Origin: Candidatus Iainarchaeum sp.
GTDB taxonomy: Archaea > Iainarchaeota > Iainarchaeia > Iainarchaeales > CSSED10-239
Length of the DNA stretch: 32,000 nt
NCBI GenBank assembly: GCA_028700115.1
Contig: JAQVTI010000009.1
Span: 4,841-36,840 of the forward strand
Direction of reading: 5' to 3'
A program made the translations under genes and the position numbers. Below, piece by piece: positions 1 to 8,646 of this stretch. The notes under the pieces were generated by a model, which saw only the letters and a list, made by a program, of their open reading frames with translations, was not told the DNA's origin and did not search any database. Each line of letters begins with the position of its first letter. Position 1 is the first letter of the stretch.

Positions 1-44
1 GGATCTTTGAAGCATGGGTTGAATCCAGTGATTTGTAGATTTAA

Positions 45-296
45 ATGAAAAAAATTATTTTTAATAATAGAGAATATTGGTATAGGCAAGAAAAAGAAGA
101 TGTTTATATCTTATTTGAAAAAACTAACTATTTTTATCTTGTAAATATGATTATTATTGATGTAATAGAGTATTTAGCTAATAATAAAAGTTTATTAGAG
201 ATTACAGAAATTATTAATAAAAAATATCATATTAATATAACTGTAGATTTTTTAGTCACAAAATTAAAAAATATTGAGGGTATTATTAATGAGTAA
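45..296 (+). CDS. PqqD-like (RRE-type) small peptide-binding protein, putative
   Basis: 83-aa ORF. Strand-like segment EKEDVYILFEKTNYFYLVN followed by helical IIDVIEYLANNKSLLEITEIINKKY resembles PqqD/RRE chaperones. Its stop overlaps the ATG (289) of the next radical SAM/SPASM gene. Confidence 0.5.
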   Translation: MKKIIFNNREYWYRQEKEDVYILFEKTNYFYLVNMIIIDVIEYLANNKSLLEITEIINKKYHINITVDFLVTKLKNIEGIINE

Positions 297-1278
297 CTAT
301 TTTAGAACCCCTTTATTTCCTAGTATTGATCTTAGTACAAAATGTAATCTTAGTTGTATTCATTGTAGAAATAACAAAAATAAAATAAGTAAAATTCCTT
401 TTAAAAAAGTTATAGAACTATTAGATGAATTTGAATCTTTGGAAGTATTTCATTTAGCTTTTGCTGGTGGAGAACCATTTTTATTTCCTAAAATTTATGA
501 TGTATTAGAATATAGTCAAAAATTAAATGTGCCCAAGGTGACTATCGTAACTAATTGTACATTTATAAATAAAGATAGAATTGATAAATTAGATAATAAT
601 AAAATTAGGTTTGCTGTTAGTTTAGATGGACCAAAAGAAATACACAACTTTATTAGAAATGCAGATGTATTTGATAAAGTAATAGATAATATTAAATATT
701 TAGTTTCAAAAGGTTTTTTTGTTATGCTAAATTGTACTTTAATGAAATATAATTATAAATATTTCGATGAGATTATCAAAATTGCTAAAAATTTAAAAGT
801 TAATCAAATTAATTTTTCAAAAGTATTTCCTGTACATTCTGAGATTATTAAATTTATGCTTTCAAAAGAAGAATTAGATGAGTTATATGAAAACTATAGA
901 AAATATTCTGGTGAAGATAGTTTAGTTATATTCTTAGATAAAGGGTATATGGGTTTTCCTGATGCATATGATTCTGATATTGCATTTTCTATGGGTTGTA
1001 GAGCGGGTATTTCTCAAATAAATGTAATGTCGGATGGTTCTGTTGTAGGTTGTAAATTATTACCGGATGTTTGTGCTGGAAATATTTATAAAAATACAAT
1101 TAAAGAAATATGGGATGATAATAATAATTGGAAGTTATTCCGAAATGTTATACAAAATATTAATAGTGATACTTGTAAAAAATGTGATTATTTTTATGCT
1201 TGTAAAGGTGGATGTAGAGCATTTGCTTATTATATGACTGGAGATATAAATGGTAAGGATCCTTTATGTCCACTATAA
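289..1278 (+). CDS. radical SAM enzyme with C-terminal SPASM domain (PqqE/MftC/AlbA-like class)
   Basis: CNLSCIHC (CX3CX2C) near the N-terminus, plus GGEPF and VSLDGP motifs. C-terminal CKKCDYFYACKGGC (CX2CX5CX3C) with additional upstream Cys. ATG 289 preferred over the TTG 274 of the ORF track. Confidence 0.85.
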   Translation: MSNYFRTPLFPSIDLSTKCNLSCIHCRNNKNKISKIPFKKVIELLDEFESLEVFHLAFAGGEPFLFPKIYDVLEYSQKLNVPKVTIVTNCTFINKDRIDKLDNNKIRFAVSLDGPKEIHNFIRNADVFDKVIDNIKYLVSKGFFVMLNCTLMKYNYKYFDEIIKIAKNLKVNQINFSKVFPVHSEIIKFMLSKEELDELYENYRKYSGEDSLVIFLDKGYMGFPDAYDSDIAFSMGCRAGISQINVMSDGSVVGCKLLPDVCAGNIYKNTIKEIWDDNNNWKLFRNVIQNINSDTCKKCDYFYACKGGCRAFAYYMTGDINGKDPLCPL

Positions 1279-2907
1279 ATGATTACTATGAAAACTATTA
1301 GTGAGATAATTATAGAATTTATTAAATTTTTAAAAATTGATACTATATTTGGAATTCCTGGTTCTAATCTAGATTTTTTAAAGTATTTGTCAGAAGATAA
1401 AGTAATAAAATTTATTGTAAATAAAGATGAAAAAAATTCGCCTTATATGGCTATGGGGTATACTAAATCATCTAATAAAATTAGTTGTTGTTTTGGTAGT
1501 GTAGGTGCAGGAGTTTTTAATTTAATTCCTGGCACAATATCTGCTTATTATGAATCTGTTCCTTTATTAATAATCGGTGGGCAGACTAATTTAAAAAATA
1601 AAGGTAAAAATACTTTTCAAGAGGCCTCTGGATGTGCTAGAAGTGTAAGTCAGTTAAATGAATTTAAAAAAATAACTTTGTACAATTGTATTTTAAATGA
1701 AAAAAAATTGTTCCAACAATTAGAAAAAGTATTTTTTAGTTTAAATGATTTTAGATCTGGTCCGGTATATATTGAATTTCCATCAGAACTTATGAATTTA
1801 AAAATTAATTTTAATAAAAAAATATTTTGTAATATGAAAATTAATTTTAATAGATATAGATTAGATAAAATTAAATTATATGATGAATCAAAAAAAGTTA
1901 ATCAATTAATTATTGATTTAAATAAATCTAAAAAACCAGTTATATTAATTGGTAATGGTGTTAAAGATTCAAAAGAAATTATTAAATTATCATCTAAATT
2001 TAGAATTCCTATTTTTTCTACATTTAAAGGAAAAGATAGGGTTACAAATAATTTTAAGTATTATATGGGTTGTTTAGGATTAATTGGTAGTTCTATTGGT
2101 AATAATTATTTTAAAGAAAGTGATTTGTTAATATCTATTGGATCTAGTTTAAGTCAGTTTACTACGGATAATTGGAAATTAATTGATAATAAAAATATTT
2201 ATAGAATAGACACTATTAATGATGATATAACCAAACATAAGGGGATTGTAATTAAATCAGATTATTCTGATGTTTTTAAAAAACTTTTAAGTTCTGATTA
2301 CAAAGGAAATAATAATATTGTTGAATTAAAACAAAGTATTGATAATGAATTAAATAAATTTAATAGCCCTAAAATAAATTTAATAAGAAAATTAAGGACT
2401 AGTTTATCAAAAGACTCTATAATAGTTACTGAAGATATTTTTTTAATTGGTAAGTATTTTAAATTTTATAAAAATGATATTAATTTAAATTTTACAAATA
2501 TTGCTCCTATTGGGTGTGCCTTATCTGGAGGCATAGGGGCTCAAATAGCAAATTCTAAAAAAAAAGTTATTGTAATTTTGGGGGATGGAGGATTTAACAT
2601 GAATATTTCTGAATTAAATACAATTATGAATTATAAAATCCCTTTAAAAATTATATTAATTAATAATAATGGTTATGGTATAGTGTATAAATCACAAATA
2701 CATAAATTTAAAAATAATTTTTATACTCAATTTAAAAATCCAGATTATTTTAAATTAAGTCAATCATACAATTTTACTGCATATAATATAAATAATGTTT
2801 TTAAATTATCATTAAAAAAACTTAAAAAAATAATTAATTCAAATAAAACGGAATTAATAAATGTAAAAGTAGATATTGACGAAAAAATAGGAATTAAAAT
2901 ATATTAA
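1279..2907 (+). CDS. thiamine-diphosphate-dependent enzyme, acetolactate-synthase-like three-domain architecture
   Basis: 542 aa. N-terminal GIPGSNLDF region and C-terminal ThDP-binding motif GDGGFNMNISELNT...ILINNNGYG. The ATG directly abuts the upstream stop. Confidence 0.8.
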   Translation: MITMKTISEIIIEFIKFLKIDTIFGIPGSNLDFLKYLSEDKVIKFIVNKDEKNSPYMAMGYTKSSNKISCCFGSVGAGVFNLIPGTISAYYESVPLLIIGGQTNLKNKGKNTFQEASGCARSVSQLNEFKKITLYNCILNEKKLFQQLEKVFFSLNDFRSGPVYIEFPSELMNLKINFNKKIFCNMKINFNRYRLDKIKLYDESKKVNQLIIDLNKSKKPVILIGNGVKDSKEIIKLSSKFRIPIFSTFKGKDRVTNNFKYYMGCLGLIGSSIGNNYFKESDLLISIGSSLSQFTTDNWKLIDNKNIYRIDTINDDITKHKGIVIKSDYSDVFKKLLSSDYKGNNNIVELKQSIDNELNKFNSPKINLIRKLRTSLSKDSIIVTEDIFLIGKYFKFYKNDINLNFTNIAPIGCALSGGIGAQIANSKKKVIVILGDGGFNMNISELNTIMNYKIPLKIILINNNGYGIVYKSQIHKFKNNFYTQFKNPDYFKLSQSYNFTAYNINNVFKLSLKKLKKIINSNKTELINVKVDIDEKIGIKIY

Positions 2908-2919
2908 ATAAGTGATTTT

Positions 2920-3234
2920 ATGAAATATGGTATTGAGTATATAGTTAAAAAAGATTTCTTAGGTACTATTAAAATTATAAAGAATAGATCTGATTTTAAT
3001 AAAGTTAATGAAAATGATATTATTTTATTATTAAACACAAGTCCTGATGTTATTTTGTTATTTAATAAAATTAAAGGTGTTATTATTGAAATAGGAGGCC
3101 AAACATCACATTTAACAATTATTGCAAGAGAGAGTAATATGCCTCTAATTAGATTAAATAACGCTAAAGAAATAATTACAGATGGCGATTTTGTAAAAGT
3201 AGTTGAGGGTAATATTTATGTTAATGAAAATTGA
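2920..3234 (+). CDS. stand-alone PEP-utilizing-enzyme mobile (phosphohistidine swivel) domain protein
   Basis: 104 aa. DIILLLNTSPDVILLFNKIKGVIIEIGGQTSHLTIIARESNMPLI matches the GGxTSHaAIvARexgiP signature around the catalytic His of PEP synthase/PPDK/Enzyme I swivel domains. Confidence 0.8.
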   Translation: MKYGIEYIVKKDFLGTIKIIKNRSDFNKVNENDIILLLNTSPDVILLFNKIKGVIIEIGGQTSHLTIIARESNMPLIRLNNAKEIITDGDFVKVVEGNIYVNEN

Positions 3235-4225
3235 GGTTCTTTGTAAAAAGATAGCTAAAGATATATCTATAATACAAAAAGGAGGGGCAATTGAAACTCA
3301 GTGGCCTTTTTTAACTTCAGAAGTAGAAAACTATATTGGTGTTGATTTTATCAAACATTTAAGTAATATATTAGATGAAGCTTTATTAAACAATAATATA
3401 ACACAAATTGCTACTAAATTGAAATACCCTTCAATGATAACTCAATATATTGCTTTGATTCATAGTGCAAATGTATTACCTCTTAATAAAAGAATTGAAT
3501 TAATAACTAATTTAATAAGTATAATAGAAGAATTAAGAATGGACTATTTATGTAATAAAGGTATTAATATATTGCAAAATTTTGATATTAGTAAATTTTT
3601 ATCTAATGATATTAAACAAGATATTATTCCTCAAAAGATATCTAGTATTTTATATGCTTATACTGAAAAATTATATCCTACTTTAATGCGTTTGTCATTT
3701 GAACATCATGGTCCATATATTTTTAATAAAAAAAAATATGTTGTAAAAGAATATTTTAATCTTAAAAATCAATATTCAAATATGTTTCCTGTTTTTAACT
3801 ATGATAATGTTAAAATAATTCAAGAAATAGAAGGAGATTTTAATGTTGATTTTTTTGGGCATTCAATAGGAGATTATAAAATAGTTAATTCGATTTTAGT
3901 TGTAGATAATGAAATAATTAGTGACACAAATAAATTTTTAGAAGAAATATTAATTAATTTTATTAATTTAGATAAGTTATTTTTAGAATATACTGTTGAA
4001 GATTATGCTAAAAATTTAACAAATGGATTGTTTTATTCTTTAAAACCATTAACTACTTTAATTAATAAAGATTGGGTTCCATCTAAAAATATAATTGCTA
4101 AATTAAATGGGTTTAAATTATTTTTTCCTAGAGATAAAATTATTAATTATATAAAGTCTACAGATATAAATGAAATAGAATTTAAAGTGTACTTAAGTTT
4201 TAAAAATATTTTTATTAAAGATTAA
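3218..4225 (+). CDS. hypothetical protein, family X (paralog of 18112..18993)
   Basis: ATG 3218 (or 3224) overlaps the upstream stop. Shares N-terminal CKKIAKD...WPF and central FFGH motifs with the locus-B ORF. No known family recognised by eye. Confidence 0.6.
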   Translation: MLMKIEVLCKKIAKDISIIQKGGAIETQWPFLTSEVENYIGVDFIKHLSNILDEALLNNNITQIATKLKYPSMITQYIALIHSANVLPLNKRIELITNLISIIEELRMDYLCNKGINILQNFDISKFLSNDIKQDIIPQKISSILYAYTEKLYPTLMRLSFEHHGPYIFNKKKYVVKEYFNLKNQYSNMFPVFNYDNVKIIQEIEGDFNVDFFGHSIGDYKIVNSILVVDNEIISDTNKFLEEILINFINLDKLFLEYTVEDYAKNLTNGLFYSLKPLTTLINKDWVPSKNIIAKLNGFKLFFPRDKIINYIKSTDINEIEFKVYLSFKNIFIKD

Positions 4226-4227
4226 TT

Positions 4228-5076
4228 ATGAAATATGAAATTCATTTTAATTATAAATGTAATCAAAATTGTATTTTTTGTAGTGTATTACAACATCCTC
4301 AAAGAGATCTAGAATTAAGTGATTTAGATCTAATTTTACCTTTTATTCATAATAATCAAATTGTTCAAATTAGTGGAGGAGAGCCTTTATTAAATACAAA
4401 TTTGATTAAATGGGTAAAAGAAATTAAAAAAAAAACTAGATTTATTTCTTTAACTACTAATGGCACTTTATTAAATAAAGATAATTTAAATGAATTAATT
4501 AATTTAGGTGTAAATTGTTTTATTATTTCATTACATAGTAATACTATTAATAATTTTAAGAAAATAACTACAACTGATAACTTTAATAATGTAATAAATT
4601 GTTTAGAATTATTTAAAAAAATAAATAATAGTAGCATAAAAGTAATAGTTAATACCGTTATTACAAAATATAATATTTCTGAAATTTTCGATTTATTTAA
4701 AATGTTACATGAAAAATATGGTTTTGCTAAAATAAAATTATCTTATCCTAGATTTTATAAATTTGCAAAATCTGATTTTAATTGTAAAATTCATTTATTG
4801 TCATTAACAGATGTTCATTTCTTTTTAAAAGATATAATTAATAAACCTTATTTTGATAAACTTATTATAGAAAATATTCCTTCATGTATAATTAAACCTA
4901 GTAAAGAATATAGAGACTGGTCTACTAAACTTTTAACAGTAGATGGAATAAAAGATAGTGTAGATAACACGAGATATTATATGAAAAAATGTGTTACTTG
5001 TAATTTAAGATTAAATTGTCAAGGATTTCACAAATATTATAATTATTATTTTGACGATTATATTTTGGAAACATAA
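4228..5076 (+). CDS. radical SAM enzyme with short C-terminal Cys cluster (twitch/partial-SPASM-like)
   Basis: CNQNCIFC, SGGEPLL and TTNGTLL motifs. C-terminal CVTCNLRLNC. Starts 3 nt after the upstream stop. Confidence 0.8.
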   Translation: MKYEIHFNYKCNQNCIFCSVLQHPQRDLELSDLDLILPFIHNNQIVQISGGEPLLNTNLIKWVKEIKKKTRFISLTTNGTLLNKDNLNELINLGVNCFIISLHSNTINNFKKITTTDNFNNVINCLELFKKINNSSIKVIVNTVITKYNISEIFDLFKMLHEKYGFAKIKLSYPRFYKFAKSDFNCKIHLLSLTDVHFFLKDIINKPYFDKLIIENIPSCIIKPSKEYRDWSTKLLTVDGIKDSVDNTRYYMKKCVTCNLRLNCQGFHKYYNYYFDDYILET

Positions 5077-5128
5077 TTGTTTAGATAGATTTATTAATTT
5101 GTAATTATATATATTTATAGTGTTGTAT

Positions 5129-5848
5129 ATGTTTAAAGGAAATATTTCAACTAATTTAAAATTTACAAATAAATTAGATAGATTAAAAAAAGAAACTATA
5201 GCTTCTAAAAAAATTACTTTTGCAAGTTATCCAAAAAAAGAAGTTGCAATTAAGTATGTTGATGCTTTTTGGAAAAGATATTTTGATGGAAGCTTAGAAA
5301 AATCTTTATCTAAAAGAAAAGATAACCATTTTATTTCTAATTATAATCCAAATGTAAAAATTTTTCCTATTTCTCCTACAGTTTCTGTAACTGTAAGAAA
5401 AATGAATTTAATAGATGTAAGACCTTATTTCGAAATTCATAAATATTATAAAGAAAAATTTAAAAATGCAAATTTTAAATATTCTAAATTTGTTTTAACA
5501 GATATAATAGATTATAAGAAAAAAGGGGATTTTTATTATGTTCTTGAAAGAATAGTTCCTTCTATTAGTGTATATGATTTTTATGTGTCAGATTTTAAGG
5601 GTTTTAAAGAAAATAGATTTTCTAAATCTTTTCAGAAAAGTTTAGAAAAAGTGGATTTATTAAAGATGAAAGAAGATTTAGGTCCAGCATTAAATGAATT
5701 AAAACATTTTATTAATAATAATTCTAAATTTAAATTTAGACTTGATAATTCTAATAATAATATTATTATAATTGATTATAATCCAGAAACACATAAATTT
5801 AAATTTGGATTAATTGATTTTGCTGGTATGAGTTCTAAAAGTTTTTAA
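5129..5848 (+). CDS. protein-kinase-like fold protein, putative (RIO/Kdo-kinase-like)
   Basis: VAIK lysine motif, LDNSNNNIIII catalytic-loop-like segment and IDFAG (DFG-like) motif. ATG 5129 preferred over GTG 5120. Confidence 0.45.
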   Translation: MFKGNISTNLKFTNKLDRLKKETIASKKITFASYPKKEVAIKYVDAFWKRYFDGSLEKSLSKRKDNHFISNYNPNVKIFPISPTVSVTVRKMNLIDVRPYFEIHKYYKEKFKNANFKYSKFVLTDIIDYKKKGDFYYVLERIVPSISVYDFYVSDFKGFKENRFSKSFQKSLEKVDLLKMKEDLGPALNELKHFINNNSKFKFRLDNSNNNIIIIDYNPETHKFKFGLIDFAGMSSKSF

Positions 5849-5952
5849 AAATAATACTATTTTTTAAGTTTTTTTTTCTTATTTTGCAAACATCTATTTA
5901 TAAATTTATTGTTACTTGTATATTTATACAACTAATAATTAGGTGAATATTT

Positions 5953-7107
5953 ATGAATTACAAAAATTTTAATCCTTTACTTTTTTTAATGTCTTTAGGT
6001 GCTGGGGGTATTTCAATTATTCCTTTTGCGTTTTTACAATATACTTTTTTTAGTTCAAAAGGACTTGTTACTTTATCTGATGTATTAAGTTCAAGTTTAA
6101 GTATGTCTCAATTAGTTTTATTTAATTTTTTATTTATAGTTATGATTGTTTTTGGATTACTTCATTTAATTTTAAGTGTTATATTAATAAAACATTTAAT
6201 TAAATGGATAAAAGAAGGAAGATATAAAGAAATGTTAAATAATCCTTTAAAAAACTCTGCTCTTTTAGCTCCATTTATTTCTATTATAATGACTTTAAAT
6301 GTATTTATTGGTCCTATTAGATTTTTTATAAACCCTATTTCAAATAATCTTCAAAGTTTAATGATTTATGCATTAATCTTTTGGGGTTTAATATGGTTAT
6401 TTTTAATGTATTTAGATTTAAAGTTAATATCTATATCTTTTTTAAAAGATTTTGATGTTTCTAAAATAAATTTCGGATGGCTTTTACATTCTTTTGCATT
6501 AGGTATGGCTTCTGTAACTGGTTCTGGAATTGCAGCTTTATCTCAAAATATTTTAATTGCACACATTGCTGCATTCTTATCAACAATTTCTTTAAGTTTA
6601 GGTTTATTTTTATTAATAGTAAAACTAATAACTTTATTTAAATTCCATTTTGAATCAAAAGGATTACCTGATAAGCAATTTTTACCTAGTTTTTTAATAG
6701 TTATTCCAAATGTAACTTTATTTGCAATAACTTTATTTAGATTAGGTCATTATTTAGAACATGCTTTTTCATTTTCATTAGGAGCTTATTTTTTAGTAGT
6801 TATTCTTTTAAGCTTTGTATTTGAAATCTGGTATTTTGGTTTTTCTTTATTTTTACTTAAAGATTATTTTAAAAAACACTTTTTTAAAAAAGAATTCTAT
6901 ATATCTCAATGGGGGCTTGTTTGTCCAGTTGTAGCTTTTGCTGTTTTGGGTAGTTTTTTATATAAAGTATTTGTTCCTAATATAATATTATATATTGTAA
7001 TAATAGTAGTTTTAATTATTTCAGTTGTTTTGTTTTTTATACTTTTTATAAGACAATTAAAATGTAGTAATTTTTTAAAAAGTAAAAGTTTTATATGTAA
7101 GAATTAG
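5953..7107 (+). CDS. polytopic integral membrane protein (about 10 hydrophobic segments), putative transporter
   Basis: 384-aa ORF made of repeated 20-25-aa hydrophobic stretches. AGGTGA lies 7 nt before the ATG. Family not recognised with confidence. Confidence 0.7.
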   Translation: MNYKNFNPLLFLMSLGAGGISIIPFAFLQYTFFSSKGLVTLSDVLSSSLSMSQLVLFNFLFIVMIVFGLLHLILSVILIKHLIKWIKEGRYKEMLNNPLKNSALLAPFISIIMTLNVFIGPIRFFINPISNNLQSLMIYALIFWGLIWLFLMYLDLKLISISFLKDFDVSKINFGWLLHSFALGMASVTGSGIAALSQNILIAHIAAFLSTISLSLGLFLLIVKLITLFKFHFESKGLPDKQFLPSFLIVIPNVTLFAITLFRLGHYLEHAFSFSLGAYFLVVILLSFVFEIWYFGFSLFLLKDYFKKHFFKKEFYISQWGLVCPVVAFAVLGSFLYKVFVPNIILYIVIIVVLIISVVLFFILFIRQLKCSNFLKSKSFICKN

Positions 7108-7176
7108 AAATCATAGAAGATTTAAGAAATTATATAATAAAAGAAAATAGTTGAAAAAATATAAAAAGAAAATAAA

Positions 7177-8529
7177 TTATTTTCTTATATATTTTTTATT
7201 TCTTGTTTTTTGTTTATTTTTAAATCTATCTTGATGTTGTCTTTTTCTGAATTTCTTTTCTTTGTCCTTAAAGTATTCTTTATCATCATCACTTTCTTTT
7301 TTTCTAGCAGATGCGATTTGGTCTTTAACTTCAGAAATTCTTTTATCAAATTGATTTCTTCTTCTTGAACCTTTTGTATCTCTTGCCTTAATGTTTTTAG
7401 ATGGTTTTTTAAGTTCAAGATATTTAAATTCAGGAAGAGGCATTAAGTTTACATCAAATTTATTTTTACTACAAATCTTTAAGAAATCTTGTTTATCTTT
7501 AGTTGTAATAAAACTAATTGCTTTTCCTGTTTTTCCTGCTCTTGCAGTTCTACCTATTCTATGTACAAATTGTGTTTTTTCTCTAGGTAGATTAAAATTA
7601 AAAATAAAATCTAAATTATCAATATGTAATCCTCTAGCAGAAACATCAGTTGATACTAAACAAGAATGTTTATCTTGTGTATATTTTTCAATAATATGTG
7701 TTCTTTTTCTTTGTTCTAGTCCACCGTGAAGCTTATATGCATTTATTCCGTTTTCTTTAAGATTATATTCTACACTATCAACTAAAGTTCTTGTATTACA
7801 AAAAACAATTGATTTTTTAAATAAATTTTGTTTAAGTAAATGTACTAATAAAGATATTTTTTTATTTTCTGGAATTTTATAATATTCCTGAACAAGCATG
7901 CTTTTATCAACATGTACTTTTGCAGAAACTCTTTTTGCATTTTTCATAAACTTATTTTCTATATTTTTAACATCTTTTGTAATTGTTGCAGAAAATAAAA
8001 GCATTTGTTTTTCTTTAGGCATATATCCTAATATTTTTTTAATATCAATAATAAAACCCATATCACTCATTCTATCTGCTTCATCTAGAACAATATGTTT
8101 TACTTTTTTAAGATTTAAATTTCCTCTTTCAATATGATCTAATAATCTACCTGGAGTTGCAATTACAATATGTGCTTTTTTAATTTCTACAGTTTGGAAT
8201 CTAATAGGTTCTCCACCATAAACTACACTTGATTTGATATGTGTGTTTTTTGTGAATTTTTTAGTTTCTTTATCAATTTGAATAGCAAGTTCTCTAGTTG
8301 GAGTAATAACTATTGCTTGTGCACCTTTTGTAACATCTAACTTTCCTAGAATTCCAGCTAAAAATGCAAATGTTTTTCCAGTTCCAGTTGCAGATTGTGC
8401 AATTATGTCTTCTCCTTTAATTACTAAAGGTATTGTTTTTTCTTGTATTTCTGTAGGTGTTTTATAACCTAATTTTTCTACAGTCTTAATTACATGTTCA
8501 TCAAGACCTAATTTTTTAAATTCGTTCAT
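7177..8529 (-). CDS. DEAD-box ATP-dependent RNA helicase
   Basis: Motifs AQSATGTGKT (I), PTRELA (Ia), DEAD (II), SAT (III) and HRIGRTARAG (VI). Lys/Arg-rich C-terminal tail. Confidence 0.95.
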   Translation of the reverse strand: MNEFKKLGLDEHVIKTVEKLGYKTPTEIQEKTIPLVIKGEDIIAQSATGTGKTFAFLAGILGKLDVTKGAQAIVITPTRELAIQIDKETKKFTKNTHIKSSVVYGGEPIRFQTVEIKKAHIVIATPGRLLDHIERGNLNLKKVKHIVLDEADRMSDMGFIIDIKKILGYMPKEKQMLLFSATITKDVKNIENKFMKNAKRVSAKVHVDKSMLVQEYYKIPENKKISLLVHLLKQNLFKKSIVFCNTRTLVDSVEYNLKENGINAYKLHGGLEQRKRTHIIEKYTQDKHSCLVSTDVSARGLHIDNLDFIFNFNLPREKTQFVHRIGRTARAGKTGKAISFITTKDKQDFLKICSKNKFDVNLMPLPEFKYLELKKPSKNIKARDTKGSRRRNQFDKRISEVKDQIASARKKESDDDKEYFKDKEKKFRKRQHQDRFKNKQKTRNKKYIRK

Positions 8530-8646
8530 ATGTTTGTTTCCTTTTTTAATTTTATAAAAATAGATTGGTTTTAAATTATATATATTTTTTTCTATTAGTA
8601 TATATAATTTAAGTAAGCATTTGTTTATAAAATAAGGTTTTTAGGC

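Noticed and set aside
274-288. Non-ATG starts used by the ORF track: 274 TTG, 3203 TTG, 5120 GTG, 19056, 28151 GTG
   Set aside because: In each case a nearby in-frame ATG gives tighter operon spacing or a more plausible N-terminus (289, 3218, 5129, 18993, 28211). The longer versions are not excluded.
1279-2907. Calling the ThDP enzyme housekeeping acetolactate synthase (ilvB)
   Set aside because: No ilvN/ilvC/ilvD neighbours are present. The gene is translationally packed between a radical SAM/SPASM gene and a swivel-domain gene. The family assignment is kept, but a specific ilvB function or symbol is not supportable.
2920-4225. Annotating swivel + X as a split PEP synthase or PPDK
   Set aside because: The swivel domain is clear. 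However, X shows none of the ATP-grasp (PPDK_N) or PEP-binding TIM-barrel motifs I can recognise by eye. The functional link is left as a hypothesis.
4365-4637. Antisense or overlapping ORFs in the track: 4365..4637(-), 7185..7418(-), 7391..7729(+), 7898..8137(+), 12046..12423(-), 14705..14920(-), 16891..17094(+), 21102..21443(-), 23066..23263(+), 29349..29570(-), 31533..31811(-)
   Set aside because: Each lies entirely inside, and opposite to or out of frame with, a longer ORF that has clear family motifs. Their products are low-complexity F/L/S/I-rich shadows, as expected in AT-rich DNA.
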